Shown: positions 38,521 to 51,732 of the stretch, piece by piece
Layout: every line of letters starts with the position of its first letter
Numbering within the stretch: position 1 is the first letter of the stretch
Assembly: GCF_016433145.1 (NCBI RefSeq)
Contig: NC_058132.1
Coordinates: forward strand, 89,362,114-89,426,113
Direction: 5' to 3'
Length of the DNA stretch: 64,000 nucleotides
DNA from: Gracilinanus agilis
Taxonomy: Eukaryota
Notes under the pieces: model-generated
What the model was told of the DNA's origin: nothing
What the model saw: only the letters and a program-made list of their open reading frames with translations
Databases searched by the model: none
Translations under genes and position numbers: made by a program

Positions 38521-40786
38521 GAATAGAGCTGCCTTAGTTTTACTTGAATGCTGGTGGTTGTGGAATAATTTGAAGTCATTGTTCTAATGAAATACAGGTA
38601 CTGCTGATGTGTGAAACCAGAAAAATACAGCTTTTAAATGAAAAACATTGGGTGAATCCAGTGCTGAGTTTTTTCTGTTGCCAATAGCAAGCTGCTTTTC
38701 CATTAATGGAGAATTCACATGCCTTTCAAGCATTTTAAATATGACAATATTTATAAATGTGTGGTTTTGGAGGAATTGTTTAAATTCTTTTCCTAATTTC
38801 CTTTGTCTTCAGGATAGATTCTTTCAGCAAGTACTTTGTAGTAATGACTGCGTTGACTTCAATTTTGGAGTGTAGTAGCCATGTTAATTATTAACTCTTT
38901 GGTCTTATTGAAGCCAACACAATACTTGCTGCTGTGTTTTTTCTTCAATGATAAATAAAGTACTTACAGAATTTGCTTTTGTCTTGATTTTAATTTCCAT
39001 CATTGTTCTTTACTCCAAAAAGTGGAAGATGTTGAAACTGATTTATGCTTGCTTTAGCAAACCATTTTTTTCCTAATTTTGATTTCAAGAATTTTTTCTT
39101 TTCAATTTACTATCACTTATTTTTAAATTTTCAGATTTCAGCATTAAAGAAAAATAAGGGAAAATTACCAAGAGAAGCTAACTAAGGAAACATCACCTCT
39201 TACTCTTCATAGTTACATGAAAAGTTGCTCAGTTTTTAATTTTACAAGTTCTGTGATTTGTCCTTTTTATGCCATGTAGTGCCCAGTACAGGTTAATTTT
39301 GCCTCAAGTTAAATGTTTTCAGGGAAAATTAAAAACATCTCAATAATCATTTTATATTTCTACCTTAGGATGTGGGAAAACTTTTTTTAAAGAGCTATTG
39401 TTATATAGACTTAAGACCAGAAGAGGGAGTATTATACCACTTAAAAACAGGAGGAAAAATAGAAGCAGTTTTCAGGTTTACACATTTTGTTTTAGTCAGT
39501 GATGGAATCTTTAAGGCTATATACATGGTAGCTAAGGTGTTGATCTTTTAGACTGAGTTTCTTCATCACTCTGGCTGCTCTTTTCATGTTGTTCTCCAGG
39601 ATTTCCCTGTAATGATGAAAACAAGTCTGGTCCATGACTCTATCCTATTGATGATTTAGGAATCATGGTTAGGGATCAGTTTTGCTGAAGTTAAGAATTA
39701 GTCTATGGAGGTGAGGTGGGAGGGACTAAGTAGCCCAGTGGAAAGAGAGGCAGATCCAAAAACAGGAGGTCCTGGGTTCAAATCTAGCCTCAGCTAGTTG
39801 TGTGACCTGGCCAAGGCACTTGTCACAAGTCAGTGGGCACCCATTGCCTAGCCCTGATCTTTCTTCTGCCTTACCTATACATAGTAATGATTCTAAGAGG
39901 GAATATAAGGATTTGTTTAAAAGGACTAGTCTGGCTTTTATGGTTGAGGTTAGGGTTTGGACCATCTAAGCTTGGTGTTTAGTAAATATTTGTTTGACAT
40001 TAAGTGGAGGAATAAAGAAGCCAACCATGGTACATGTCCACAACCCACTTCTCATTCACTCTGAGACCATTAACCTGAGCACACACTATTGATTGTCCTT
40101 AATAAGTGGAGGATTATCATTCCTACTTTATCTCCCTATTGTTTGACTAGTTACCTAGATATCCCATTAGCCAGAGCATTATAATTTTAGTTCAGGATGT
40201 CTTAGATGATTTTATAGGTGGTATTCTTACCAAATATGCATATGAAAGAAAGCTAAGAGGGATAAAACACTGGGTGACAGAGAGGATCCAAAACAATTTT
40301 GTGTTAAAAAATTAGGTTCAATTTCATATGAAACATGATAGGGACAAATGTAAATTTCTTTATGCATTTAAGGAATTGATATCACAAGCACCAGATGAAG
40401 GAAGCATCAAACCAAACTTGACCCTTCCTATCTTACTAATATTCTTATGCCTTATTCTCCTTTACATTCTCTGTGAATTAATGACCATGGTTTCCTTACT
40501 ATTCCTCATATAGGACACTCCATTTCATGACTAAGCATTTTGATATGTAGTCTTTCATACGTGAAATTCTTTCTTATTTCTCTTTCCTAGTTTTCATGAC
40601 TTTCTTCAGGTTCCAACTAAGACATGACTTTTGCAAGAAGCCTTTCCCTGATCTCTCTTAATTTTTAGTGCCTTCTATCTAAGCTTCATTCCAACTCATC
40701 ATTTTTATATCTTATTTGTACATAGTTGTTTTCATCTTATCTATCCCATTAAACTGTATGCTTATAAAGGGCAAGAAGTTTGCTTT

Positions 40787-41513
40787 TTTTTTTTTAGAAA
40801 AATTTTCCATGGTTATATAATTCATGTTTTTACTTTACCCTTCACTCCCTCATACCACCCCCCCCCCCGCCCCATAGCTAACTCACATTTCCACTGGTTT
40901 TAACATGTGTGGTCAGTCAAGACTTATTTGCATATTATTGATAGTTACATTGGTGTGGTCCTTTCGGGTCTACATCCCCAATCATGTCCTCCTCAACCCA
41001 AGTGTTCAAACAGTTGTTTTTCTTCTGTGTATCCACTCCTGTAGTTCTTCCTCTGAATGTGGGTAGCATTCTTTTCCAGAAATCCCTCAGAATTGTCCTG
41101 GGTCATTGCATTGATGCTAGTACAGACGTCCATTACATTCGATTTTACCACAATGTATCTGTCTCTGTGTACAATGTTCTTTTGGCTCTGCTCCTTTCAC
41201 TCTGTATCAATTCCTGGAGGTCTTTCCAGTTCACATGGAATTTCTCCAGTTTATGATTCCTTTGAGCACAATAGTATTCCATCACCAACATATACCACAA
41301 TTTTTTCAGCCATTCCCCAATTGAAGGGCATACCCTTGCTTTCCAGTTTTTTGCCACCACAAAGAGCGCAGCTATAAATATTTTTGTGCAAGTCTGTTTA
41401 TCTATGATCTCTTTGGGGTACAATCCCAGCAATGGTATGGCTGGATCAAAGAGCAGGCATTCTTTTATTCTTTGGGCATAGTTCCAAATTGCCATCCAGA
41501 ATGGTTGGATCAG
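40787..41513 (-). mobile_element. 5'-truncated opossum L1 inserted into an L2 3' end
   Basis: ORF 41145-41495(-) AIWNYAQR..FDPAIPLLGLYPKE...IGEWLKKLWYM; L2-like sequence on both sides (~40570-40785 and ~41515-41590). Confidence 0.9.
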
Positions 41514-41849
41514 TGGGAGGTTTTTTTGATTTGCCTTTTATTCATAGCCATGTACCTGGCACATAATTGATTCTTAAAAAATGCTAGTTTACTTGTTTAA
41601 TATTACTTGTAATATTCTCTGCACTGAACAAAATTTGATAAAGGAAATACTTGAAGAGGAAATTTAGAAAACAGGAAAAAATGTCAAACTTCAAATCAGT
41701 TAGCTTGAATCCCATTTCATAAATTGAATGGTATTATTTCCAAGGTCAATTCATTTAAACTTATAGTCTCTGTTTCCTTATCTATTAAATAGAAGTAATA
41801 ATTACATTACTTTCCTCATAGAGACATTGTGAGAAAGAGACATTTCAAA

Positions 41850-43300
41850 CATTAAAAAAGGAAAGAAAGCTCCAATACTACGTAAACTATTTAGAAAAAC
41901 AGAGGAAGAGGCAATACTTCCAAACTTTTTATGACAAATATAGTAGTGATATGTAAACCAGGAAGAGATCAAACAGAAAAAGGAAGGTATAAAGAAAACT
42001 CCCTAATGAAATTGATCCAAAGATTTTAAATAAAATTCTAGCAAGGAGATTACAACATTATATCACAAGAATCATACAGGATGATCAGGTGGATTTTATA
42101 TTAGAAATTGCTCGATACTAGAGAAACCATAAGCATATTGACCATATCAATAATAAAAACAACAGAAATCACAATATTGTTTCAAAAGATGCAGAAAAAG
42201 CATGTGACAAAATTTATCACCTATTCCTTATTTTAAAAAAATAAATAGTAGAAAACATTGGAACAAAAGGAACCTTCCATAAAATGATAAATGGCATCAG
42301 CAAGCATTATCTGTAACGGGAATAAACTAAAGCCCTTTCCAATATGATTAGGAATAAATCAAGGTTGTCCATTATCACCACTATTATATTGTACTAGGAA
42401 TGCTCACTATAGTAGTAAGAACAGAAAAGTAAATTCAAGGAATTAGAAAAGACAATGAAGAAACAAAGTTATCAGTCTTTGAAGATGATATGATGGTATA
42501 TCTAGAGAATCCTAAAAAATCAACAAAAAAAAATCCTAATAGAAATAATTGACAATTTCAGCAAAGTCACAGGATATAAAACAAACCCATAGAAATCATC
42601 AGCATTTCTATTTACTACCAACAGTACCCAGTAGCAAGAGATAGAAAAATAAATTTTATTCAAAATAATTCTAGGCAATATAAAATACCTGGGGGTGTAC
42701 CTATTAAAACTAGCCAAAGAACTATATGAACACAATTACAGAACACTCAACTCAAATAAAGTCAGGTTTAAACAATTGGAAAAATATTAATTCCTCATGG
42801 ATAAACCAAATCAATATAGTGAAAATTACAATCCTAGGCTCTACCTGTACCAAAATATTTTTTCACATCTCTCTTTGAAGTGGCAATGAATTGTAAACTG
42901 AAGGGTTGTCCACTACTTGGGAAATGGATAAACAAGTTGCAGTATATGGTTGTAAAGGATTGTATTGTGCCACAAGGAATGATGAAAAGGATAATCTCAG
43001 AAAAACCTGAGAAGACAATCAAATTGAGGAAAATGAAGTGAGCAGAACCAGGAGAACAATGTGTACATTAACAGAAATATTATACAATGATCAACTGTGA
43101 AGGTGTAAACCATTATCAGTAAAGAAAATTTCCAAGATAACCACAAGAGACTCATGATGAAAAGTGCTACTCAAAGTCAAAGAAAAAACTGTTGGAGTCT
43201 GAGTATAGATCAAAGCATGCCATCTTCCACTGTTACTTCTTTCATGAGATTTCTATTATATGTGTGATATGTGTTTTCTATCATGTCATGAGCAATAATT
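41850..43300 (+). mobile_element. Degraded L1: RT region, short inverted piece (~42835-42895), then 3' end
   Basis: RT-region strings (TTGAAGATGATATGATGGTATATCTAGA, a decayed FADDM..YL) and the marsupial L1 3' UTR. Confidence 0.8.
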
Positions 43301-44399
43301 TTTGTGACGAATCTTCAGTGGAAAAGTGGCAGTGGCAGTGGCAATTAGATATGAGGTCAGGACTTTCAGCAGTTCTAATGGATTCCTGAGAACTCTTGTC
43401 TAATCTCACTGTTAGCTCAATGGGAACCCATGAACAATGATACAAGGAGAAATAATGTAATTTCCATCTTATTTTTGTGTTCATGATTAGCTGCTTAGTA
43501 TATTTATGGCTTTCTGAATGTATTGATATCAATACTACCTCATCTCCTCTTTACTTTCCTAAGATTTGTGACAATTATCCTTGCCCTACCATAAATCCTC
43601 AGAAGATCATCCTCACAATATATTGATTCACTCGAGCTACTCAATTGTATACAAACTAAGAATGGAACAAATTTCAACCAATTACGACCATTATATTGTA
43701 TTTATCCCAGTGATTGCACATAGTGGATATAGACATAAGACTTTAATTTTTATAAAATTTGTTTGACATAAAGAAGTAAGAACCAAAAAATGAGAAGCAT
43801 AGTCTTTAAATATAAATGAAAAAAATGGGGCATTTTCAGGGTTTTTATTTGTAATATCCACATGTTTTTCTGTGAAAATATTTATGCCAAAAATCATGAA
43901 TTTAAAATTCATCCATTTCCTCAAAGAAATCCTTTCTTCATCTTATTTAGGTGGGTCCAGTTTTCTATATCTGTTCCCTTCCTTCAGCCTATTGTCCAGA
44001 CACAAAGAAAAAACTAGAATCCTTGCTTTCCTGCCCAAATTCACCCCACATTTAGATGATGAATGACCTCATATTTTTCCTTTCTGTCTTAGTATCCATC
44101 TGACTTCATCCTACAGAATGAGGCTGTGTACTTTCTCCTCAGGACCATGGAGCAGCTTCTGCTCTGTGAATCATTCAAGTTACTTATCTATAGAGAAAAA
44201 GATATACTAGAAGCTCTGGTCATACCTCTGAGATTGAAATTAGTTGCCAGGTATAGATTGTACCTTGAACCCTGGCAAAGACTTTAAGGCCCAAGTTAAT
44301 CTTTCTGTGACTAAATCATTTCTTGAAGAAAAGCAAATTGTGAAATTTAGCTTTCTCCCAGTGTCCTTGGTACTAATATGCTGACATCTTCAGGAGCAA

Positions 44400-45010
44400 T
44401 GACTTCTTTTCTAAAAATAACATTTTATTTTCCTCCAATTACATATAAAAACAATTTTTAACATTTTTGAATGAGAAATTCTCTCCCTGCTGCCCAACTT
44501 CCCTAAGATGATAAGCAAAACAATAAAAACAAAATTTTTTTAAAGATGATAAGCAATATGCTGTAGGTTTGACATATAATCATGAAAAACATTTTTCTAT
44601 ATTAATCATTTTGTGCAGATTTTGAACAAAAAAGTGAATTATATTATGTTTTGAACTTTTACACTCTTATCAGTTATTTCTCTGGAGGCAGATGACATTT
44701 TTCATCATAAGTCTTTATAATTATCTGGGATCACTATACTGATGAAAATAGGTCATTCACAATCGTTCATCAAACAATATTGTTGTTACTATGTACAATG
44801 TAGTTCTGGTTCTTCTCATTTCACTTCACATCAGTTCAGGTTTATTCTTCCTCTGAGACTATTCTTTCTCTGAGACTATCCTGCTTATCAGTTCTTATAA
44901 TAAAATAGTATTCCATTAAAATAATAAACCACAACTTATCCAGCCATTCCCCAGTTGATGGACATCCTTTCAATTTCCAGTTCTTAGGAGCAATGGCTTC
45001 TAAAAGAATA
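44400..45010 (-). mobile_element. Older marsupial L1 3' end
   Basis: ORF 44842-45111(-) contains KNWKLKGCPSTGEWLDKLW. Another L1 3' end lies at ~6660-7060(-). Confidence 0.8.
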
Positions 45011-46104
45011 GGTTGATTTCTGAGTATGGGTGTTACCTGAGAATTGTTTTCTAAGCATTGGTAAAAATTAACAGGATATTTTCCTGCCAGAGTAGAAATG
45101 CGAGAAAGCACAGTATAACCATGGAAGTCACTATTTGCCCCTCAAATGATAACTTCAATATTGAAAGACATAATGTTATAAGGCAATTAGGTGGCAGAGT
45201 GGATAAAGAGCAAGACTTAGAGTCAGGAAGACCTGAATTCAAGTGGATGCAAATACAGTATGACTTTGCAAAAGTTGCTTAATGTGTATTTCAACTTCTT
45301 CATCAATAGAATGGTAATAAAAATAGAATATCCCTCCAAGGGTTTTTGTGAGGATAAAATAAAATATTATTTGTACTTTGCAAACTTAATTTATATGTAA
45401 ATATTAATATGTTAATATATTATAATAAATTAAGTCTTGGTAAAACATTTATAATATGGAGGTGGTTGTCTTTCTCTGTCCCTGCCTCTCTGTCTCTATC
45501 TCTGTCTCTATCTCTCTGTCTCTGTCTCTCACTGTTCCACTGATCTACTAATTCCTCCCCAAACTTCCATTTTAATTTTAAGAAGGAGGACCAGGCCAAC
45601 CATTCTTCATTCCTCTTCTAACTGTACTCCTGACTAATCTAGAAAGGCTTTTCCCTAGAAGGTCATGCATAGAGTACTTTACTTTCTCTTCTGCAATACA
45701 ATTCTTTTTATGTATGTTCTTTCCACATTCTTCTTAAAGGCAAATACTCTTTCTGTTTGCATTTTTATCTTCAGTGCTTCATATGGTGACTGGCACTTAG
45801 AAAGAGCTTAATAAATTTTTGACACAAAAATAGATACAAAATAATTTAATTTATCACATTTTTACTAAGGGTCTTCAATACTTTGATAATATTCCAGGAG
45901 CTACTAAATATTTTTTAACTGACTCAAATTCAGATTTGGGTCTATAAAAGTATTTTCTATTGGCAGCATGAGTGGAAGGGTAGAGGTACTGTGGTCTTAG
46001 ATAATGGATTTTCCATCATGGTCAAAATCAAGAAATAAAAGTACATTTTTAAAGGAGATTTGCAAAAAAGCAACTTCTCTCATCTGTATATCCTGATTTT
46101 TGCT

Positions 46105-46178
46105 TAAATTTGGAAATATGACCACCACAAATAGAGGAACCTAAATTTGGAAATATGACCACCACAAATAGAGGAACC
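46105..46178. repeat. Perfect 37-bp tandem duplication
   Basis: TAAATTTGGAAATATGACCACCACAAATAGAGGAACC x2. Confidence 0.95.
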
Positions 46179-49100
46179 TGCCTGTTCCTGGCAGGAAGGA
46201 AAGAGAGAAATTAGCATTTATTAAGCACCTCTACTCTTCTAGGCACTATGCTCAGCACTCTGAAAATTGTATCTCATTTGATCCTCACAAAAACCCTGGG
46301 AGATAAGTGATTATTTTATCTCCATTTTACAGTGGAAGAAACTGAGGCAGCAGAGATATTCAAGAAATAAGGGAATATCCAGATGCTTAGCTGATCAGCT
46401 CCAAACCTCACTCATTTCTGGAATTTGGTTCACTCATTTCTGGAGGTCTGAATGAGATGATAAGGGAAGAAATGAAAGAAAAGAGAAGACTGCCAATTGC
46501 ATCGTTTTGGGGATACCACTTTCAGGAAACAATATGAGAAAAAATCAAGGAAGAAAAGTAAGCAGAGGAAGTCAAAGACCTGGACTCTCTTTACAGCCCA
46601 GAAAGCATGGAACTTTGATGGCAATATTATAAAGTAGTTGTTAAACTCTGCTTTCTGCTTAATTTTCATGAGAATCACTTGTATAAGAAAAAATAATAAT
46701 AACATTTAGTGAAAAAGAGTATTTGCTTTTTGACCATTAGTGTTCATGTTCCCTAAAATCACTCAAAGGGAAAATAATGCTTCTGGTCTGGATATTCCCT
46801 TATTTCTTTTTTCTCCTTTCTTTCCCCATGCTCCAAATCAGAGCTAAGCTATTTCAAAATGCAACCCAAGTAATAAAGAAATGTTTAAAAAGACAATAAA
46901 AAGATAATAAAACATATATAATGTGAAATTGTGGTTTCCCAAGTCAATAGGCCAATTATTGGATCCATTTCTATTTTAGTTTAACACCACAAGCCTCAGT
47001 GATACCTTTAGTCCTTATCATTCCCATCTAGACTTATGAGTTCACATTGTCTCTAATTCTTTGGCTTCGTTGACATCAATGAAGATATGAACACAGAGAT
47101 ACTTGAAAACTTGAGAGATCCTATGAAGTCATGCAGTCCAAATCATTCATTTTATGAGTGAAGAACATGATGGCTGGAACAGTTAAGTGACTTACCTAAG
47201 GTCACATAAGTGCTGAGATTTGAACCCAGGTACTCTGGATCTAAATTCAATGTTCTCCTCACTGAGTCATTCTCTCCAATTAGTCTTGATGATCCAAGTC
47301 CATTCCTACTTAAGTCTTCTGGAAAGAACAAGCACACCAAAGATCAAGCAAGCAAGAATTGGAATAAAAGGAAGAAAAGAATCGCTACAACTATAATTCA
47401 AAACAGGAGCTCCGCTATTGATGTATTTTTAAAAAGAGCAGTGCTGGATCATTCTCTTATGGTGGTAGGACCTGGGAACAGACTCTCAGGTAGAACAATT
47501 ATTATCAAGAGCTTTAAGTTAGATTACACTTCAAAGCTTCCAGATGGCTTTTTCCCCAACATAAGTCAACTTATCTGTGTATTCTAGCTGGAAAAGGCGA
47601 ATTCCTCATTATAATCCATGTTGCTGGGAATATCAGAATTACAAAGTCAACTGTGGCACTTCTGGATGGAGAAACTGGAAAAAGTGTATAGGATCAGATC
47701 TAATGGGGTGTACTTGTGTGAGATGTAATTAAGAGTGTTCTGGATAAAGAGATCCTACCTCAGAGCCATTTCTAAATGCAGTTATAAACTCCTGTATATC
47801 AATATGGGGCATTGGTGAATTAATTAGGGGCATGGACAAGTCTTTGAAACTACAGGCAGATATGGACAAAGCCATCATAAATCTAGTAATGTCAATGGAT
47901 AATTGGAACTCTTCTAGTAAGATTTAAGCACTGTGAAGCCAAGAACTTTTTTTTAATCTAGATTTTTCCCAGGGTCTATTACGTTTCCCTGAATATAGTT
48001 AATGAATAATAGTTAATAGAAGGTAGTTAATGAATGCTTATGACTTAAATTAACTTGTCTAGGACTCAGTCTTATGGTTTATTGTCCAGTACATTAATAA
48101 TTAACATTTTGGAGGCATCCTTGAGTACAAGTGAATCTAGAGCGATGGAATTTATCATTATTAAATCTCAGGAGGATTCTGAAATCCATGAAGCTTCATA
48201 GAAAATGTCAACAGAAATAGGTAAAAATACTCAGAATATTCTCTACAGGATAATTTCAATGATCCCAAGATAGATGAAGTTGAGTATAACATTTCAACAT
48301 TTGTGTTGAACTGGGAACATTGTGACCCTGAGGATTGGAACATGAATTTAATAGATTATACTGCCTTTGAAGCAATGGTTTTATTTGAAACATAGTGTCT
48401 ATGGCCTTTCAAAAAGAACATCTTTAAATATCATTTCTGAATCTTCTTATTCATGTCTCTATAGATGAAAGTAGTAGTAGTTGTTGTAGTAGTAATTGCT
48501 AAAGCTTATATGATGCTTTAAGGCTTATAAAGTGCCTTATGTATTATTTCATTTGATATTCATGAGAGTCAGCCTGTTTTATAGATTTTACAGAGGAAAA
48601 AGATACAGAAAGCTTAAGTGGCTTTTTTAAAAAGTCAAATAGTTAATGTGTCTGAGGCTGGATTTTTAGCACTCTCTCCATAGTAAATGCCTAATATTTA
48701 GTATGGCCCAGGAAACAACTTCAGAAAGATACTAAACTTATTGGTGGTTTGGGGGGTATACTCTGGGCCTAATTGGTGTTAGGATATGGTTCGATGTATT
48801 TTGCTCTTTCATTCATTTTCAGATTTGCTTTCTTTGTGATATCTTGATGGGCTCAGTTCCTATACCACTATAAATGTATTACTCCTGATTACTCAGGTTT
48901 ACTGCACTTACATTGAGTCATTTCCTATTGATGCCTCAGTGAGTCATCACTAGGCACATTTTTGATGATCCATGTTATAGATGACCAGTGATTCTGCTTT
49001 CAGGACAATTTTTTGGCATTGGATATGGGTGAATTCAGTTGCTACTTTTTGAATGAACAGCACTAGCCTAGACTGGATTTCACAACTCTCCCATCTGCCT

Positions 49101-49595
49101 CTCCCCAATTTAGTGCAAACTTTGTATGGGTACAAGCCATGAACTCAAAACAAAGAGATCTATGAACAGTGCCAGACACTGATGTGGAAACCCAAGGCAA
49201 ATGTATCAGTTGATGCCACCACAGCAACATTTTACTCAACCTCACAAAAAGTCTCCTCAACACAAAGGATTTAACTCACCACTCTATCAACTTCAGTGGA
49301 ACAAATAGTGATGAGTTTCTGCATTGACAAAATGGCTGGTACTCCAGTGCCTTTCCTAGAATAAAAGACCTCTGAATATTCTGGTAAAAATACTGGTGCA
49401 AATAGTAGCTCCAAATGTTAGATATTTCTTTAATGGAAAGAACTAAAGAAATAACTTTCCCAGCAATGTGCTCAATATGGTCATCATGTCATTGTCTTGT
49501 GTATCCAAAGAGGATTTAAAAATATTAATTTGTTTAATTCTCAACTTTAAGCCCAAAGAATTAGATCTTCTGCAATTCATGCCCCATATTTTTTT

Positions 49596-50531
49596 TTATT
49601 TTGGGGAGAATGTCTTTAGTACTCGCTCTCTGATCTGTTTGGTCCTAACCCCATAGATAACAGGGTTGAGGGCAGGTGGGATAACCACATAGAGATTAGC
49701 CAAAAGGATGTGAATATAGCGGGGGACATTGCGACCAAATCGATGGGTCATGAAAGAGAAAAATGCTGGTGTGTAAAAGGCTAGCATGACACAGACATGA
49801 GAACCACAGGTACTGAGAGCCTTGAGTCGGGCATCTCTAGAAGGAAGGTGGAAAACAGCTCTGAGGATGTAAACATAAGAGATCACAATTGCCACGATGT
49901 CAAAGACAAGGATGGAGATAGCGCCCAGTCCGTAGATAATGTTGACTTTGATGCTGGCACAGGCAAGGCGGGCAATACCCATGTGCTCACAGTATGTATG
50001 AGGGATGATGTAGTGTCCACAGAAGGGCAATCGCAGAATCAGTAGAACAAATGGAATAGCCACAGATAATGGTCTTAAAGCTATGGCTATGGCAATGATG
50101 GACACCACTTTATTGGTGAGCACCAGTGTATAGCGGAGAGGATTGCAAATCGCCACGTAGCGGTCATAGGCCATCGCCAGGAGTACCGCTGACTCCATGC
50201 CAGTAAATAGATGGATAAAGAACATCTGAGTGACACAGCCAACAAAGCTGATCTCTCTCAGGCTACACCAGAAGATACCCAGCATCTTGGGGATGGTGGA
50301 TGTGGATAGACCCAAGTCAATAGAGGAGAGAATGGCCAAGAAATAGAACATAGGATGGTGAAGACTCTTCTCACTCTGAATTACAAACAAGATGGTGATA
50401 TTCCCTAAAAGAGCAGTCAGATACACAGCACAGAAGGGGAAGCCAATCCAGATGTGTACCTCTTCTAGTCCTGGGATTCCAAGCAGGAGGAATGAGTTAG
50501 GATGGAACTGGGTGTTATTCAAATTCAACAT
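49596..50531 (-). CDS. Olfactory receptor, OR52E subfamily, intact, 311 aa
   Basis: The ORF track starts at a TTG (50558); the first in-frame ATG is at 50531 ([11 protein letters not shown]). Has [35 protein letters not shown] and [17 protein letters not shown]. Confidence 0.95.
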   Translation of the reverse strand: MLNLNNTQFHPNSFLLLGIPGLEEVHIWIGFPFCAVYLTALLGNITILFVIQSEKSLHHPMFYFLAILSSIDLGLSTSTIPKMLGIFWCSLREISFVGCVTQMFFIHLFTGMESAVLLAMAYDRYVAICNPLRYTLVLTNKVVSIIAIAIALRPLSVAIPFVLLILRLPFCGHYIIPHTYCEHMGIARLACASIKVNIIYGLGAISILVFDIVAIVISYVYILRAVFHLPSRDARLKALSTCGSHVCVMLAFYTPAFFSFMTHRFGRNVPRYIHILLANLYVVIPPALNPVIYGVRTKQIRERVLKTFSPK

Positions 50532-51536
50532 TCTTCTGTGGCCTATGTATGACTCCAACCATTATCAAAAATTCAGCCTCTTTACACTAAGGGTTCCACT
50601 CCAGTATACTGTACTTCTCTGGTAGACTGGGGAAACATAACATTGTCTTATCATATTTTGTGCTCTATAAAATTATATTTTTCAAGTAATTAATTGCCTT
50701 CAAGAATGGAAATTAAACGTAACATAGTTTATTATGGTCACTCATTTTTCTCCTTTTGCAGTGCAGCATTTACTTTATAATAAATGTTAATCATTATTGA
50801 TTGTTTACTCTTGAATCCAAGGTTGGTTTTACACAGTATTGGAGTAAACAGGCCTGAACTATGATTTATAGAATCCCACTGAAAATATCTCTGTGCCCCT
50901 ACCACCCACCATGACCTGGCAGGAATCATTCTCAACTTGAATATCAGAGAATCATAAATTTCCTCCCTTCTCTTCTAGAGAGGTAAAATAAGATGCTAAG
51001 TCTCTAAGAATCAGTGTTGCTATATGTTCTTAAGCTTACATAAGACTAAAACATTCTGTAATTCTACATTTTATGGTAAGTTCTCATCTATTCTCCTCAA
51101 TAAAATTTTTTCTTCCTCTTGCCTCTTAAATGTAGATGTTATTACTATATATTATTTCCTTAGCACCCATCTCTTTATTCTTTTCCTTCTCTCCCCTAAC
51201 AAATTCATCTAATCCTAAAGCCCAAACTATACTTACCATGTGCAAGACTGCTGATTCTTTGTTTTTCTATCTCTGGCTTCTCTTCTGAGTTCAAAGGTCA
51301 CATTCAACCAATTAATCAATCAGCAAACAATCATTAAGCATCCATTATGTGTCAGGGATTGTGCTAAGTGACAAGGATATAAGGACAAAGAATGAAACTA
51401 TTCCTTCAGCCAAGGAAATTATATTCAAATGGGGAAGACAAATGCCTTTATAAAATGATGCAGGATATATACAAATACATAATAATAAAATGAGCTAGCA
51501 TTTATGTGACACTTCACGGTTCATAAAGTATTTCAC

Positions 51537-51732
51537 AGGGACAGCTGGATAGCTCAGTGGATTGAGAGTCAGGCCTAGAGACTGGAGGTCCTAGGTTCAA
51601 ATCTGGCCTCAGACACTTCCCAGCTGTGTGACCCTGGGCAAGTCACTTAACCCCCATTGCCTACCCTTACCACTCTTCCACCAAGGAACCAATACACAGA
51701 AGTTAAGGGTTTAGAAAACAAACAAACAAACA
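51537..51732 (+). mobile_element. SINE1_Mdo-like SINE nested in a MIR
   Basis: Same consensus with (AAAC)n tail; TSD ATAAA(G/C)TATTTCAC (51523-51536, 51733-51746). Confidence 0.9.

Noticed and set aside
38812-38852. CBP/p300 KIX-like peptide RSHYYKVLAERIY on -
   Set aside because: Only 13 residues; flanks do not match KIX.
47210-47587. ORF with filovirus NP look-alike words (SSGKN, Q.R.S, VLDH.L....G.RL, RT...K, SFK, G.FP..S)
   Set aside because: Needs several large in-frame gaps (one of about 80 codons), the ORF begins inside a MIR, and it uses the same bases as the paramyxovirus threading. Treated as probable chance, though a translated search should include filovirus NP.
48950-49430. Plus-strand frame with few stops downstream of the 49596 OR
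   Set aside because: Four stops in about 150 codons is not clearly below chance, and no recognisable homology.
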